Assembly: GCA_045629745.1 (NCBI GenBank)
Contig: JAZQRU010000042.1
Location: 100,039-164,038 of the forward strand
DNA: 64,000 nt
Reading direction: 5' to 3'
Source: Eubacteriales bacterium
Lineage (GTDB): Bacteria > Bacillota > Clostridia > Oscillospirales > CAG-272
In this document: in pieces, positions 26,086-34,786 of the stretch
Layout of the letters: every line of letters starts with the position of its first letter
Position numbering within the stretch: the first letter of the stretch is position 1
Notes under the pieces: model-generated
What the model was told of the DNA's origin: nothing
Database searches by the model: none
Seen by the model: the letters and a program-made list of their open reading frames with translations, nothing else
Translations under genes and position numbers: made by a program

Positions 26086-27354
26086 TTAAATTTCTTCAAA
26101 AAGCTTACGAACGTTCTGACTAACCGAATTAGCATCATGATAAGAGCGAGCGCAAGCTAAAGCATTTATAATCTTTTCTTTTCTAACGTTTTCATCATCA
26201 AAAGCTAAAAGCAGCTTATCATAAAGCTCATCTTTTGACGTTGCCGTAATGGCAGAATCGTTTTTCAGAAGATACCTAATTGACGCGACGTTCTCAGGGC
26301 CGTAAGCAAAAAGCGGAATACCGCTTGAAAGACTGTCTGCAATTTTAGTTGAAACAGAATGCTTGACAAGGTCGATGCTTTTTTCGTCAAAGGCTTCCGT
26401 ATGCAAAAGAATATCGGACGACAGAAAGGCTTTATTAAATTCATCGCCCGTAACAAAACCGCAGAGCTTTATGGATTTTATACCGTCAAAATGAGATAAA
26501 ATATCCGTGTCCTTTTCCGAAGTATAAATGCAAAGCTTGTAATCTGTATTGCGCTCGAAATTTATTTTATCAAGAGCGTTTCCTATTTCTGCAAGAGAAT
26601 AAAATCTGTTGCAGCGTACATTACCGAAATAACTTATACTTTTCGGTTCTTTTATATCCCGTGGCTTTTCGGCAATGGGAAAACCTGCGCCCGTCATTAC
26701 CGTTGTTGCAGGGACTGAAAATTCTTTAGAGTACGCTTCATTCAGCTCGTCGCATATTGTTATAACGTGCTGTGATTTTATCATAGTTTTTTTGATTTTT
26801 TTTCTAAGACTATCTCTGTTTAATTTAGCGAGAACCCCTTTGGGTTTCTTTACAAAATAATAATCATCACAAATATAAGTGACTATCGGGAGATTATGTT
26901 TCTTTGAGATTTTTAAAGCTACGTCATATATGAATTTAGCGTTTCCCGGAGCTAAAAATATGCACGTCGGCTTTTCCTTTTCAATCCAAGCTTCAAGCTC
27001 TTTATTATACCAACGAGAAAGCTTCCACATAAGGTCACGCAAAATTTTTCGTGATGCTTTTCTATTTGCTCGATTTCTGTAAAAAGCTTCATCATTAGGG
27101 TTTTCGTAAGAAGAATGCTGATTTAAGTCAGGCTCAACAACTTTTCCGCAAACGTGAAATTTATAATAAGACCTTAAAACGTCTTTATCTGTAATTCTAT
27201 AGTAAGAGCTTGCTTTATCAGTGTCCGGAATTTGAGGATATATGTATAACTGGCACAATTCGAGAGGTGATACCTCAGAAAGCAGCGAAAGCAAGGTTTT
27301 TCCCATACTCTGTTGCGTATTCAATGAGTTATGACTTATTAAAAGAATTTTCAT
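26086..27354 (-). CDS. putative GT-B fold glycosyltransferase
   Basis: 422 aa. MKILLISHNSL N-terminus and C-terminal HTEAFDEKSIDLVKHSVSTKIADSLSSGIPL block. Locus context. Family not resolved by eye. Confidence 0.5.
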   Translation of the reverse strand: MKILLISHNSLNTQQSMGKTLLSLLSEVSPLELCQLYIYPQIPDTDKASSYYRITDKDVLRSYYKFHVCGKVVEPDLNQHSSYENPNDEAFYRNRANRKASRKILRDLMWKLSRWYNKELEAWIEKEKPTCIFLAPGNAKFIYDVALKISKKHNLPIVTYICDDYYFVKKPKGVLAKLNRDSLRKKIKKTMIKSQHVITICDELNEAYSKEFSVPATTVMTGAGFPIAEKPRDIKEPKSISYFGNVRCNRFYSLAEIGNALDKINFERNTDYKLCIYTSEKDTDILSHFDGIKSIKLCGFVTGDEFNKAFLSSDILLHTEAFDEKSIDLVKHSVSTKIADSLSSGIPLFAYGPENVASIRYLLKNDSAITATSKDELYDKLLLAFDDENVRKEKIINALACARSYHDANSVSQNVRKLFEEI

Positions 27355-27383
27355 CTCTCAATCCCTTTCTCGTATTACCTTTT

Positions 27384-28265
27384 TTAAAGCAATTTTTTCT
27401 CGTCTGAAAAATCATTAACTTGTTTGCAATACTCACGGAAATCTTTATCCGTATCCCAAAACTTTGCGTGTTGCTCCCACTTAATTCTTTCAGGCGACGG
27501 CGGCTTCATATAATCACCAAAACGGAAGCTTAAAAAATCGTGCAGATTTTCGGGAATTTTAAGCTGCACCTTTTCAAACGGAGCATATACCGTCGGTTCA
27601 AACCAAGCTCTTTCATAAATCGCATTTTTGAAAACTGCTTTGCCCATAAAATTACACAAGCATTTTGTGTTTTTGTTTCGATATTTATATACCTGTTTCA
27701 ATCCGTGCTTAACAAGAAAGCGATCGGGAAACAGCGCCATTATCTTCAAAGCAAATCCCAAGAACCCACGACGGCGCTTATATCCGCGCGCAGCCAAACC
27801 TTTCATTACAACATACTTTGCCCAAAGGCATTGATGCCATCTTGCAATTTTATTATTGGGGCAATTATGCAAAATGAAAATGTCAATATAAATACCGTGA
27901 TGTATATCTTCGTTTTCCAAGAGTTCTTCTATATAAGTCGTACCGTTCATACGAATTTTTGAAATGGTGACCATACCGTTCGTTTCGCCCCACTCTTGAA
28001 GATAATACTTTTCGTGATTTCCACGTTCTTTAAAAGCGGCGCGAAATTTTTCATAATTATCAGGCGTCATAAAAATATCAAGATCATCATCCCAAGGTAT
28101 AAATCCGCCGTGACGTTTTGCTCCCAAAGCAGAACCGCCCATTAAGCAATAGTCCACTTCGTTTTCAGCACAAAAACGATCAACGTCTACAGCGATTTCC
28201 AAAATTTTATCCTGTAACTTCAAAAACCCGTAGCTGTCATCCAGTTCATCTCGCATATAATCCAT
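27384..28265 (-). CDS. licD: LicD-family phosphotransferase (alditol-/choline-phosphate transferase type)
   Basis: CLMGGSALGAKRHGGFIPWDDDLDIFM (LicD DxD signature). The ATG at 28265 overlaps the upstream stop codon (TGATG). Confidence 0.8.
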   Translation of the reverse strand: MDYMRDELDDSYGFLKLQDKILEIAVDVDRFCAENEVDYCLMGGSALGAKRHGGFIPWDDDLDIFMTPDNYEKFRAAFKERGNHEKYYLQEWGETNGMVTISKIRMNGTTYIEELLENEDIHHGIYIDIFILHNCPNNKIARWHQCLWAKYVVMKGLAARGYKRRRGFLGFALKIMALFPDRFLVKHGLKQVYKYRNKNTKCLCNFMGKAVFKNAIYERAWFEPTVYAPFEKVQLKIPENLHDFLSFRFGDYMKPPSPERIKWEQHAKFWDTDKDFREYCKQVNDFSDEKKLL

Positions 28266-29452
28266 CAATTTATCCCCAACATCTTTTTCATTATCTTTCT
28301 TATGAAATTAGGCATTGCATAATACACTTTTTTGGTGTAAGATTTCGTTCCGTCCAAATATCTTTTTACTACAATGTCGAATGGCTCTTCCTGTAAGGCT
28401 TTTATAAATTCATCGCGATTTGCAGGCTTTTGAGTACCGCCTCGCATCAATTCTCTGTCGTCAAAAAGTACAGAAAAATCTAAAGTGTGATATATTGTGT
28501 TTCCGCAAACACCCTTCCACAAATCCATACCCTTTTCGGTATTTATACATACTGTAGAAACACCGTCGAATCTGTTGATACCCGAAATATATTTGTCAAT
28601 TCCGTGAAAATCGCCAATAGTAATATCTGACACTCTGTTGCTATGCGAAAATTGACAATCATAGCAGCTGTCTCTCATTGTTATGTACTTCTGGAAGCCA
28701 TTATAGAACAGCGAATCAACGTAAAGCTTTGTTTTTGTCTTCTTTTTGCCTTTTTTCAGATAGGTGAGTTTGTAGTAATGCGGTGTTGTGCCATTTTTCT
28801 TTTTCGCTCTAAACTGATAAGACAAGAACTTTATTTTATCTCTCTTTTCTTCATATTCTCTGCACTTATCGAAAAGCTTTTGAGAAGGAACACCGTGACA
28901 AACAAAGTCAACTGTATAAAGGTTTTCATAATCTTTTTTCAAAAACAACTGCAAGGCGAATACTTGGCAAGGTGTAGAAACAAACAGCACTTTCTTTCCA
29001 TCTTCCAATTGTTTTTTTATGGCAAAAAATTGTCCGTTTAAATCACTTTGAATATACTTGGATTTATATAACGGCAATAAATCGCTTTTTGTTTCCGCCG
29101 ATTTGCATTTCAATTGTAAATCTTCATCAAAGGCTGCGCCGTAAACAATTCCCTCGGAATTGATGATATTCTCCGCAAACAGACCAAACATACCGCCTGA
29201 GGATCCGTTATACCGAACGCTCGGATCTTTCGCATATACAGCAAAAACGCTATGCTCCATACATTCAGCATTAGCGTGATTTATAACAGGACAGGTTTTA
29301 TTGCATAGATTACAATCAACGCACTTGTTGTAATCAAGGTTTGGAAAAACAAACCCGCATTCATCCTCTTCCATACGTATCGCGTTTTGAGGACAAATTA
29401 TCGCACAATTGCCACATCCGCAGCACTGTGATTTTTGCTTGATATCAATCAT
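28265..29452 (-). CDS. FrhB/FdhB-like 2x[4Fe-4S] flavoprotein (coenzyme F420 hydrogenase beta-subunit-like), free-standing
   Basis: CCGCGNCAIICP and CVDCNLCNKTCP ferredoxin motifs. The remainder is collinear with the C-terminal half of 21387-23684 (FGAAFD, LFVSTPCQ, VCHGVPS, RDSCYDCQF). Confidence 0.7.
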   Translation of the reverse strand: MIDIKQKSQCCGCGNCAIICPQNAIRMEEDECGFVFPNLDYNKCVDCNLCNKTCPVINHANAECMEHSVFAVYAKDPSVRYNGSSGGMFGLFAENIINSEGIVYGAAFDEDLQLKCKSAETKSDLLPLYKSKYIQSDLNGQFFAIKKQLEDGKKVLFVSTPCQVFALQLFLKKDYENLYTVDFVCHGVPSQKLFDKCREYEEKRDKIKFLSYQFRAKKKNGTTPHYYKLTYLKKGKKKTKTKLYVDSLFYNGFQKYITMRDSCYDCQFSHSNRVSDITIGDFHGIDKYISGINRFDGVSTVCINTEKGMDLWKGVCGNTIYHTLDFSVLFDDRELMRGGTQKPANRDEFIKALQEEPFDIVVKRYLDGTKSYTKKVYYAMPNFIRKIMKKMLGIN

Positions 29453-29874
29453 TTTTTATCCTCTTGCAATTTTTGAGCAATCTCCGTAGAAGATGTGCCG
29501 TCTGTATGCGGCAAGAACACAACTTTGACGCCTACCTCTGCAAATTTATTTTCATAGTCGTCGTAAAGCTTAGAGCCTTTCCAATCGCTTCCGTGAAACA
29601 AGGCATCAAATTTCAGTTGCTTCCACGCTTCAAACTTGTCCATTGAGGTCTGCGGAACAACCTTATCAACGTATTTTATAGCGTCTACAATAGCTATTCT
29701 CTCGTGATATGGAATGATAGGTTTTTTATTTTTATACGTCTCAACAAGCTCATCAGTCGAAACGCCGACAATCAAAAAATCGCATTGCTCTTTGGCGCGA
29801 CGAATTATGTTTAAATGTCCAATGTGAAAGAGGTCAAACACGCCTGTGGTGTATCCTATTTTATATTTCTTCAT
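29449..29874 (-). CDS. tagD: glycerol-3-phosphate cytidylyltransferase
   Basis: 141 aa. GYTTGVFDLFHIGHLNIIRRAKEQCDFLIVGVSTDE (HxGH cytidylyltransferase signature). Stop overlaps the downstream start (ATGA). Confidence 0.88.
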   Translation of the reverse strand: MKKYKIGYTTGVFDLFHIGHLNIIRRAKEQCDFLIVGVSTDELVETYKNKKPIIPYHERIAIVDAIKYVDKVVPQTSMDKFEAWKQLKFDALFHGSDWKGSKLYDDYENKFAEVGVKVVFLPHTDGTSSTEIAQKLQEDKK

Positions 29875-29878
29875 AACT

Positions 29879-30706
29879 TCAAGCTCTTTTCCTTGCGAAT
29901 TTTTTGAAAACCCAACCGCGAAGCTTATTCGGCATCAAGACTTGAACGATAAAACGTTTAAGCACGTTGGAAACGTAGGTTGGATAGCCTATGATTTTTT
30001 CTTTAAGCATAAATTTCTGCAAGCGTTTTTCACTTTTGAAATATTTTAGTCCGCCGCGGCGCTGATACATTTCATTGCCGACTCTTACGTTTACAAGCAT
30101 CTCGGGGACGTTTGCGAATTTCATATCTGCCAAAGTCATTCGCACCCAAAGATAATAGTCCTCTTCACAGTACCAGTCGATAAAACCGCCCGCGGCATTT
30201 ACGGAAGATTTTTTGAACATTACGGTTACGAGATTCATAGGGCATCTTTTTTTAAGATATTCCTTTATCTCAGCGTCGCTCTCGGGAACTATTCTGCTGC
30301 CGACAATATTTTCAGGCTCTCCGACGAATTCCGTTATGTTTCCGCCGACGATATCAACGGAGTCATCACTCTCAAAAGCCTTTAATTGCACTTCAAATCT
30401 ATCGGGGGCGCTTATATCGTCAGCGTCCATAATCGCAACAAGCTCATTCGTGCATTTTTCAAGGCCGAATCGTCTTGCTTTTCCGTGGCCCTTGTTTTCT
30501 TGGAAACGGTAAACCTTAAAAAAATCAAATTCCGCGTATTTTGAAATCACCGCATCAATTTCGTGCGGTACGGGGCCGTCAACGACTAAGATAACTTCCG
30601 AGGGCTTTACGCTCTGGTTTATAATACTGCCAACGGCAATATCAAAATGCTCGGGATTATTCTTACCGTAAACGCACATTGAAACGGAAAACTGCTTATA
30701 ATCCAT
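29879..30706 (-). CDS. GT2-family glycosyltransferase
   Basis: FSVSMCVYGKNNPEHFDIAVGSIINQS N-terminus and MDADD (DxD) motif. Confidence 0.8.
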   Translation of the reverse strand: MDYKQFSVSMCVYGKNNPEHFDIAVGSIINQSVKPSEVILVVDGPVPHEIDAVISKYAEFDFFKVYRFQENKGHGKARRFGLEKCTNELVAIMDADDISAPDRFEVQLKAFESDDSVDIVGGNITEFVGEPENIVGSRIVPESDAEIKEYLKKRCPMNLVTVMFKKSSVNAAGGFIDWYCEEDYYLWVRMTLADMKFANVPEMLVNVRVGNEMYQRRGGLKYFKSEKRLQKFMLKEKIIGYPTYVSNVLKRFIVQVLMPNKLRGWVFKKFARKRA

Positions 30707-30709
30707 AAC

Positions 30710-31402
30710 TTACACCCTCAAGAGTTCTTTAGCTTCGGTTTGAAGCTTTTCGTAGTCCTCGGCGGAAACCTCACCTTTTTCAAGCAAATAATCGCCGAAG
30801 TCAATGTCGCTCACCGTTCCCTCTCGAACAGTATCACTTCTTTTGAAAACCTTGCCGACGGTCATAAATATGATTTTAAGGTCGCCGAAAAAGGTTATTT
30901 TTTTTATGTACTCAAGGTCGCACTCAAATTTGTGCTCCCAGCTTATGTTGTTTCTTCCGCTAACCTGCGCAAGCCCCGTAAGTCCCGGGCGCACGCTGTG
31001 GCGAAGCCTTTGCTCTTCCGTCATAAATACCATATCGCGAACAAGCTGAGGGCGAGGACCGACTATTGACATTGTGCCGATTAGGATATTGATAAGCTCA
31101 GGTAATTCGTCAAGTGAGGTTGAACGAAGAAATTTTCCGTATTTATTGAGCCTTACGTCATCGGGCAACAGATTGCCGTCCTTATCCTTGGCATTGGACA
31201 TAGTACGGAATTTTATAAGCTTAAAGATTTTTTCCTTGCCGTCCTTGCCGATTTTTCCCGGGCGGTATTGCGTGAAAAAAGGATTTCCGCGCATTGCAAC
31301 AGCGCCGACTGTTATGAGCACAATAAAGATCGGGGATAAAGCAAGCAAAGCTATAAGCGAAAGAAAGAAATCTATCACCCGTTTAAAAAACCTCGCGTAC
31401 AT
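30710..31402 (-). CDS. small undecaprenyl-phosphate sugar phosphotransferase (PglC/WcfS-like initiating transferase)
   Basis: 230 aa, single N-terminal TM. Conserved DELPQL-like block (SLDELPELINIL) and GPRP motif (IVGPRPQ). Confidence 0.85.
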   Translation of the reverse strand: MYARFFKRVIDFFLSLIALLALSPIFIVLITVGAVAMRGNPFFTQYRPGKIGKDGKEKIFKLIKFRTMSNAKDKDGNLLPDDVRLNKYGKFLRSTSLDELPELINILIGTMSIVGPRPQLVRDMVFMTEEQRLRHSVRPGLTGLAQVSGRNNISWEHKFECDLEYIKKITFFGDLKIIFMTVGKVFKRSDTVREGTVSDIDFGDYLLEKGEVSAEDYEKLQTEAKELLRV

Positions 31403-31421
31403 TATGTAAACCTCTCAAATT

Positions 31422-32681
31422 TTATTTGAAACAGCTTCTTATAATTTCGATAACCGCATCTTGCTCATCGGTGGTCATTTTATTATCACTTGGCAGACAA
31501 AGTCCGCGGTTGAATATATCCGCACCGACGTCAGCGCATCCGCCTGCGATATAGGCGTTCGTTTTGCAGCGTCCGCTTCCCTCTCTGGTAATAAAGTCAT
31601 GCAAGCGGTACATGGGCTGCATATGCATAGGCTTCCAGATAGGTCTTCCCTCTGCATTATATTCCGCAAGCTTTTCAAGTATTTCGGTTGGACAGGTTTT
31701 TCCTGCTTCTTTCACATAAAGTGCCTCGTTATCGCTTCTCACCTGACGGCACATTGCATTCTCGTCGATAATCATACACGACAGCCAATAATTAGGCTCT
31801 GTGCCCTCTGTTATCGGGTTCATTTTTACGGGCAAATCCCTAAATGCCTTTTCATATCGTTCATAAACGGCTTTTTTGCCTGCGATATGCTCTTCAAGGT
31901 GAGGATACTGTCCGCGCACAACTCCCGCTATAACGTTACTCATTCTGTAGTTGTAGCCGACTTCCTCGTGCTGATACCAGGGCGCGTTTTCTCTTGCTTG
32001 AGTAGACCATTTACGAGCTTTATTTGCAACCTCTATATCGTTTGTCAAAAGGCAACCTCCCGACGAGCCTGTGATAATCTTGTTACCATTGTAGCTAACC
32101 GCGGAATAATCGCCGAATGAGCCGCACTGCTTACCGCCTATAGTTGCTCCCATAGCCTCAGCGGCATCTTCTATCAAAAGTGCGCCGTGTTTTTCGCATG
32201 TTTTTTTAATTAAGTCCATACGTCCAGGGAAGCCGTAAAGCTCCGCAGAAACGACGAGCTTAACATCCGGGTACATTTCAAAGGCCTTTTCAAGCGCTAC
32301 GGGATCCATATTCCAAGAATCTCTTTCGGTATCAATGAACACGGGAACTCCACCCTCGTAAACAACGGGGTTAAGCGTTGCGTCAAAGGTCATATCTGAG
32401 CAAAAAACACGTTTTCCCTCGAGCGCGCCGTGGCTTACCGCGGGTTTTCCGTAAAGCGTTTCTCCCGCGTGCTTCACAGCAAGATGAAGCGCCGCAGTAC
32501 AGCAGGAAAGACCTACCGCACACTTCATTTCCGCTTTCTCGGCGGCAATTCTTTCCACTTCGTTTATATTTTCGCCGACTGTACTCATCCAGTTGGTTTC
32601 ATAGGCTTTTTTTACGTATTCCAGCTCTTCTCCGTGCATTGTCGGTGAGGCGAGCCAGACCTTTTTCTCAAATCGTGTCAT
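31422..32681 (-). CDS. DegT/DnrJ/EryC1/StrS-family PLP sugar aminotransferase (PglE/WcfR-like)
   Basis: 419 aa with typical family blocks (ASPTMHGEE, CTAALHLA, SYNGNKIITGSSGG with the PLP lysine context). Positioned between the dehydratase and the initiating transferase. Confidence 0.8.
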   Translation of the reverse strand: MTRFEKKVWLASPTMHGEELEYVKKAYETNWMSTVGENINEVERIAAEKAEMKCAVGLSCCTAALHLAVKHAGETLYGKPAVSHGALEGKRVFCSDMTFDATLNPVVYEGGVPVFIDTERDSWNMDPVALEKAFEMYPDVKLVVSAELYGFPGRMDLIKKTCEKHGALLIEDAAEAMGATIGGKQCGSFGDYSAVSYNGNKIITGSSGGCLLTNDIEVANKARKWSTQARENAPWYQHEEVGYNYRMSNVIAGVVRGQYPHLEEHIAGKKAVYERYEKAFRDLPVKMNPITEGTEPNYWLSCMIIDENAMCRQVRSDNEALYVKEAGKTCPTEILEKLAEYNAEGRPIWKPMHMQPMYRLHDFITREGSGRCKTNAYIAGGCADVGADIFNRGLCLPSDNKMTTDEQDAVIEIIRSCFK

Positions 32682-32705
32682 AGTAAATTCCTCGGTTGAT
32701 TTTGT

Positions 32706-34574
32706 CTATACGGTTGCGCACTCTTTTTTCTCTGCGCGGGTATCTATTGCGTAGGTTGAAACAAGCTTTTTGACAAGCTCCTTCATTTCGTCGCTTTCCG
32801 CGTGGGCGGCGGCGTAAAGCTCGTCAAGGTGAGCGAAAAGATTTTCTTCGTCGAAGGGGATGGGGCGGGCGACGCTGATAAGGCCATTCGCTGTTTTTTG
32901 AAGGCCCTCTTCTTCCATAAGGCGCTCTTCATATAGCTTTTCACCCGGGCGAAGCCCTGTGCATTTAATTTCGATATCAATATCGGGCTTAAGACCCGAG
33001 AGGATTATAAGATTTCTTGCGAGGTCGTAAATTCTGACGGGCTCACCCATATCGAGAACGAAAATCTGACCGCCCCTGGCGTATGCGCCCGCCTGCAAGA
33101 CGAGGGAAACCGCCTCGGGAATTGTCATGAAATAGCGAATAATATCCTTATGCGTTACGGTGACGGGGCCGCCTTCTGCGATTTGACGCTTGAAAAGCGG
33201 AATAACTGAGCCGTTTGAGCCGAGAACGTTTCCAAAGCGCACGGCAACGAAGTTTGTATTCTTACTGTGCCTGCCTATCGTTTGGATAATCATTTCACAA
33301 ATGCGCTTCGTCGCGCCCATAATGTTCGTCGGATTAACTGCTTTGTCAGTTGAAATCTGAACGAATGTTTCCGCGCCGAACTCGTCTGCCGCGCGAGCGA
33401 CGTTAAGAGTGCCAAAAACGTTATTTTTAACAGCCTCGTTAGGACTCGTTTCCATAAGTGGAACGTGCTTGTGCGCCGCTGCATTGAATACGATATTCGG
33501 GCGGTAATCTTCAAATACTTTTCTTATCTTAAATTCGTCGCGCACACTCGCAATAAGTGTGAGAAGATTTACCTCAGGATAACGGCGCTTAAGCTCCTGC
33601 TCTATATCGTAGGCATTGTTTTCGTAAATATCGAGAATTATCAGAAGCTTCGGGTTATGGCTTGCTATCTGCCGGCAAAGCTCGCTTCCGATAGAGCCGC
33701 CACCACCCGTTACGAGAACCGTTTTATTCTCTATGTAGCCCATTATTTCGTCAAGGTTTACCTTGACTGGCTCTCTTCCGAGTAGGTCCTCTATTTCAAC
33801 ATGGCGAAGCTTTGAAACACTTACCTGACCGTCGGCAAGCTGATAAATACCGGGCAAAACCTTGACGGGAAGTGACGTTTCGTTTGCACGAGCCACAATA
33901 TCTTTCATTATCTGCGAGGGAACCGATGGCATTGCGACAAGGATTTCCTCAACATCGAAAATGTTTGCGTAATGCGAAATGCTGTAGGTATCTCCGACGA
34001 CGCGCACACCCATTATTGAGGTTCCTATCTTTTTAGGGCTATCGTCTATTATACAGACGGGATGGTATTTAATTTTATCAGTGTAAAGCATTTCGCGAAC
34101 CAGGGAGCTTCCTGCATCACCCGCACCGATTATCATAACGCGTTTTCCGCCCTTTGTGTTACGGCGCAAGCTGTTTTTGACGGTTACGTAAATTCGTTTT
34201 GAGAAGCGCATACCGCCCGTGCTTAAAAATACAAACACCGTGAATACCACGACGGCTCTTAAGCCTAGGTCAAAAGTTTTGCCCCACAAAAGCGCAATGA
34301 TAACGTTCACGCACCCAAGCGCCCAGACCGAAAGCGATATACGCATAGCGTCGAGAACGCTTATGTTGGAAAAGGAAAATGAATACATTCCGAAGAGGAG
34401 ATAGAGCGCAAACAAAAAAGCGACATTTAAGAGTGCCCAAAAAAATTGAGGAAGAGACATTTTAAATTCTCCGCCCTGCACCCAAATTGCCAAGAATGCC
34501 GCTAAAAAAACAAAAAGAAAATCGAAAATCGGAATGAATATTCGCTTAGATTTAATGAGTCTTTTGATATTCAT
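32706..34574 (-). CDS. membrane-anchored UDP-GlcNAc 4,6-dehydratase (CapD/PglF/WbpM family)
   Basis: 622 aa. N-terminal TM bundle, two Rossmann regions (MIIGAGDAG; VTGGGGSIGSEL), FNAAAHKHVP block. Confidence 0.85.
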   Translation of the reverse strand: MNIKRLIKSKRIFIPIFDFLFVFLAAFLAIWVQGGEFKMSLPQFFWALLNVAFLFALYLLFGMYSFSFSNISVLDAMRISLSVWALGCVNVIIALLWGKTFDLGLRAVVVFTVFVFLSTGGMRFSKRIYVTVKNSLRRNTKGGKRVMIIGAGDAGSSLVREMLYTDKIKYHPVCIIDDSPKKIGTSIMGVRVVGDTYSISHYANIFDVEEILVAMPSVPSQIMKDIVARANETSLPVKVLPGIYQLADGQVSVSKLRHVEIEDLLGREPVKVNLDEIMGYIENKTVLVTGGGGSIGSELCRQIASHNPKLLIILDIYENNAYDIEQELKRRYPEVNLLTLIASVRDEFKIRKVFEDYRPNIVFNAAAHKHVPLMETSPNEAVKNNVFGTLNVARAADEFGAETFVQISTDKAVNPTNIMGATKRICEMIIQTIGRHSKNTNFVAVRFGNVLGSNGSVIPLFKRQIAEGGPVTVTHKDIIRYFMTIPEAVSLVLQAGAYARGGQIFVLDMGEPVRIYDLARNLIILSGLKPDIDIEIKCTGLRPGEKLYEERLMEEEGLQKTANGLISVARPIPFDEENLFAHLDELYAAAHAESDEMKELVKKLVSTYAIDTRAEKKECATV

Positions 34575-34615
34575 TTTTTGGTCCTACATTTCTTTTATTT
34601 ATTATTTATAATTAC

Positions 34616-34644
34616 ATTATATAGCTTTTGACTAGTAAAGTCAA
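34616..34644 (-). promoter_or_regulatory. sigma-A-type promoter of the ~19-kb glycan operon
   Basis: Minus strand: TTGACT (rc of 34639-34644), 17 nt, TATAAT (rc of 34616-34621). Lies ~40 nt upstream of the capD-like start. Confidence 0.6.
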
Positions 34645-34786
34645 GGCAGGTGTCTAAAAACCGGAAGTTCGCACAAATATTTACAGAGTAATATGGCAAA
34701 ATTAACGAAAAAATACCGCAAACTTCTTGACAAAATATCAAAAAGTGATAAAATATACGTATATTTGACACACGGGGTACGGTTTT

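Noticed and set aside
16662-32683. Numerous 60-220-aa ORFs antisense or out of frame within the glycan operon genes (for example 17097-17642, 22120-22506, 31461-32120).
   Set aside because: Each is nested in a longer ORF with clear family motifs on the minus strand. None has independent start signals.
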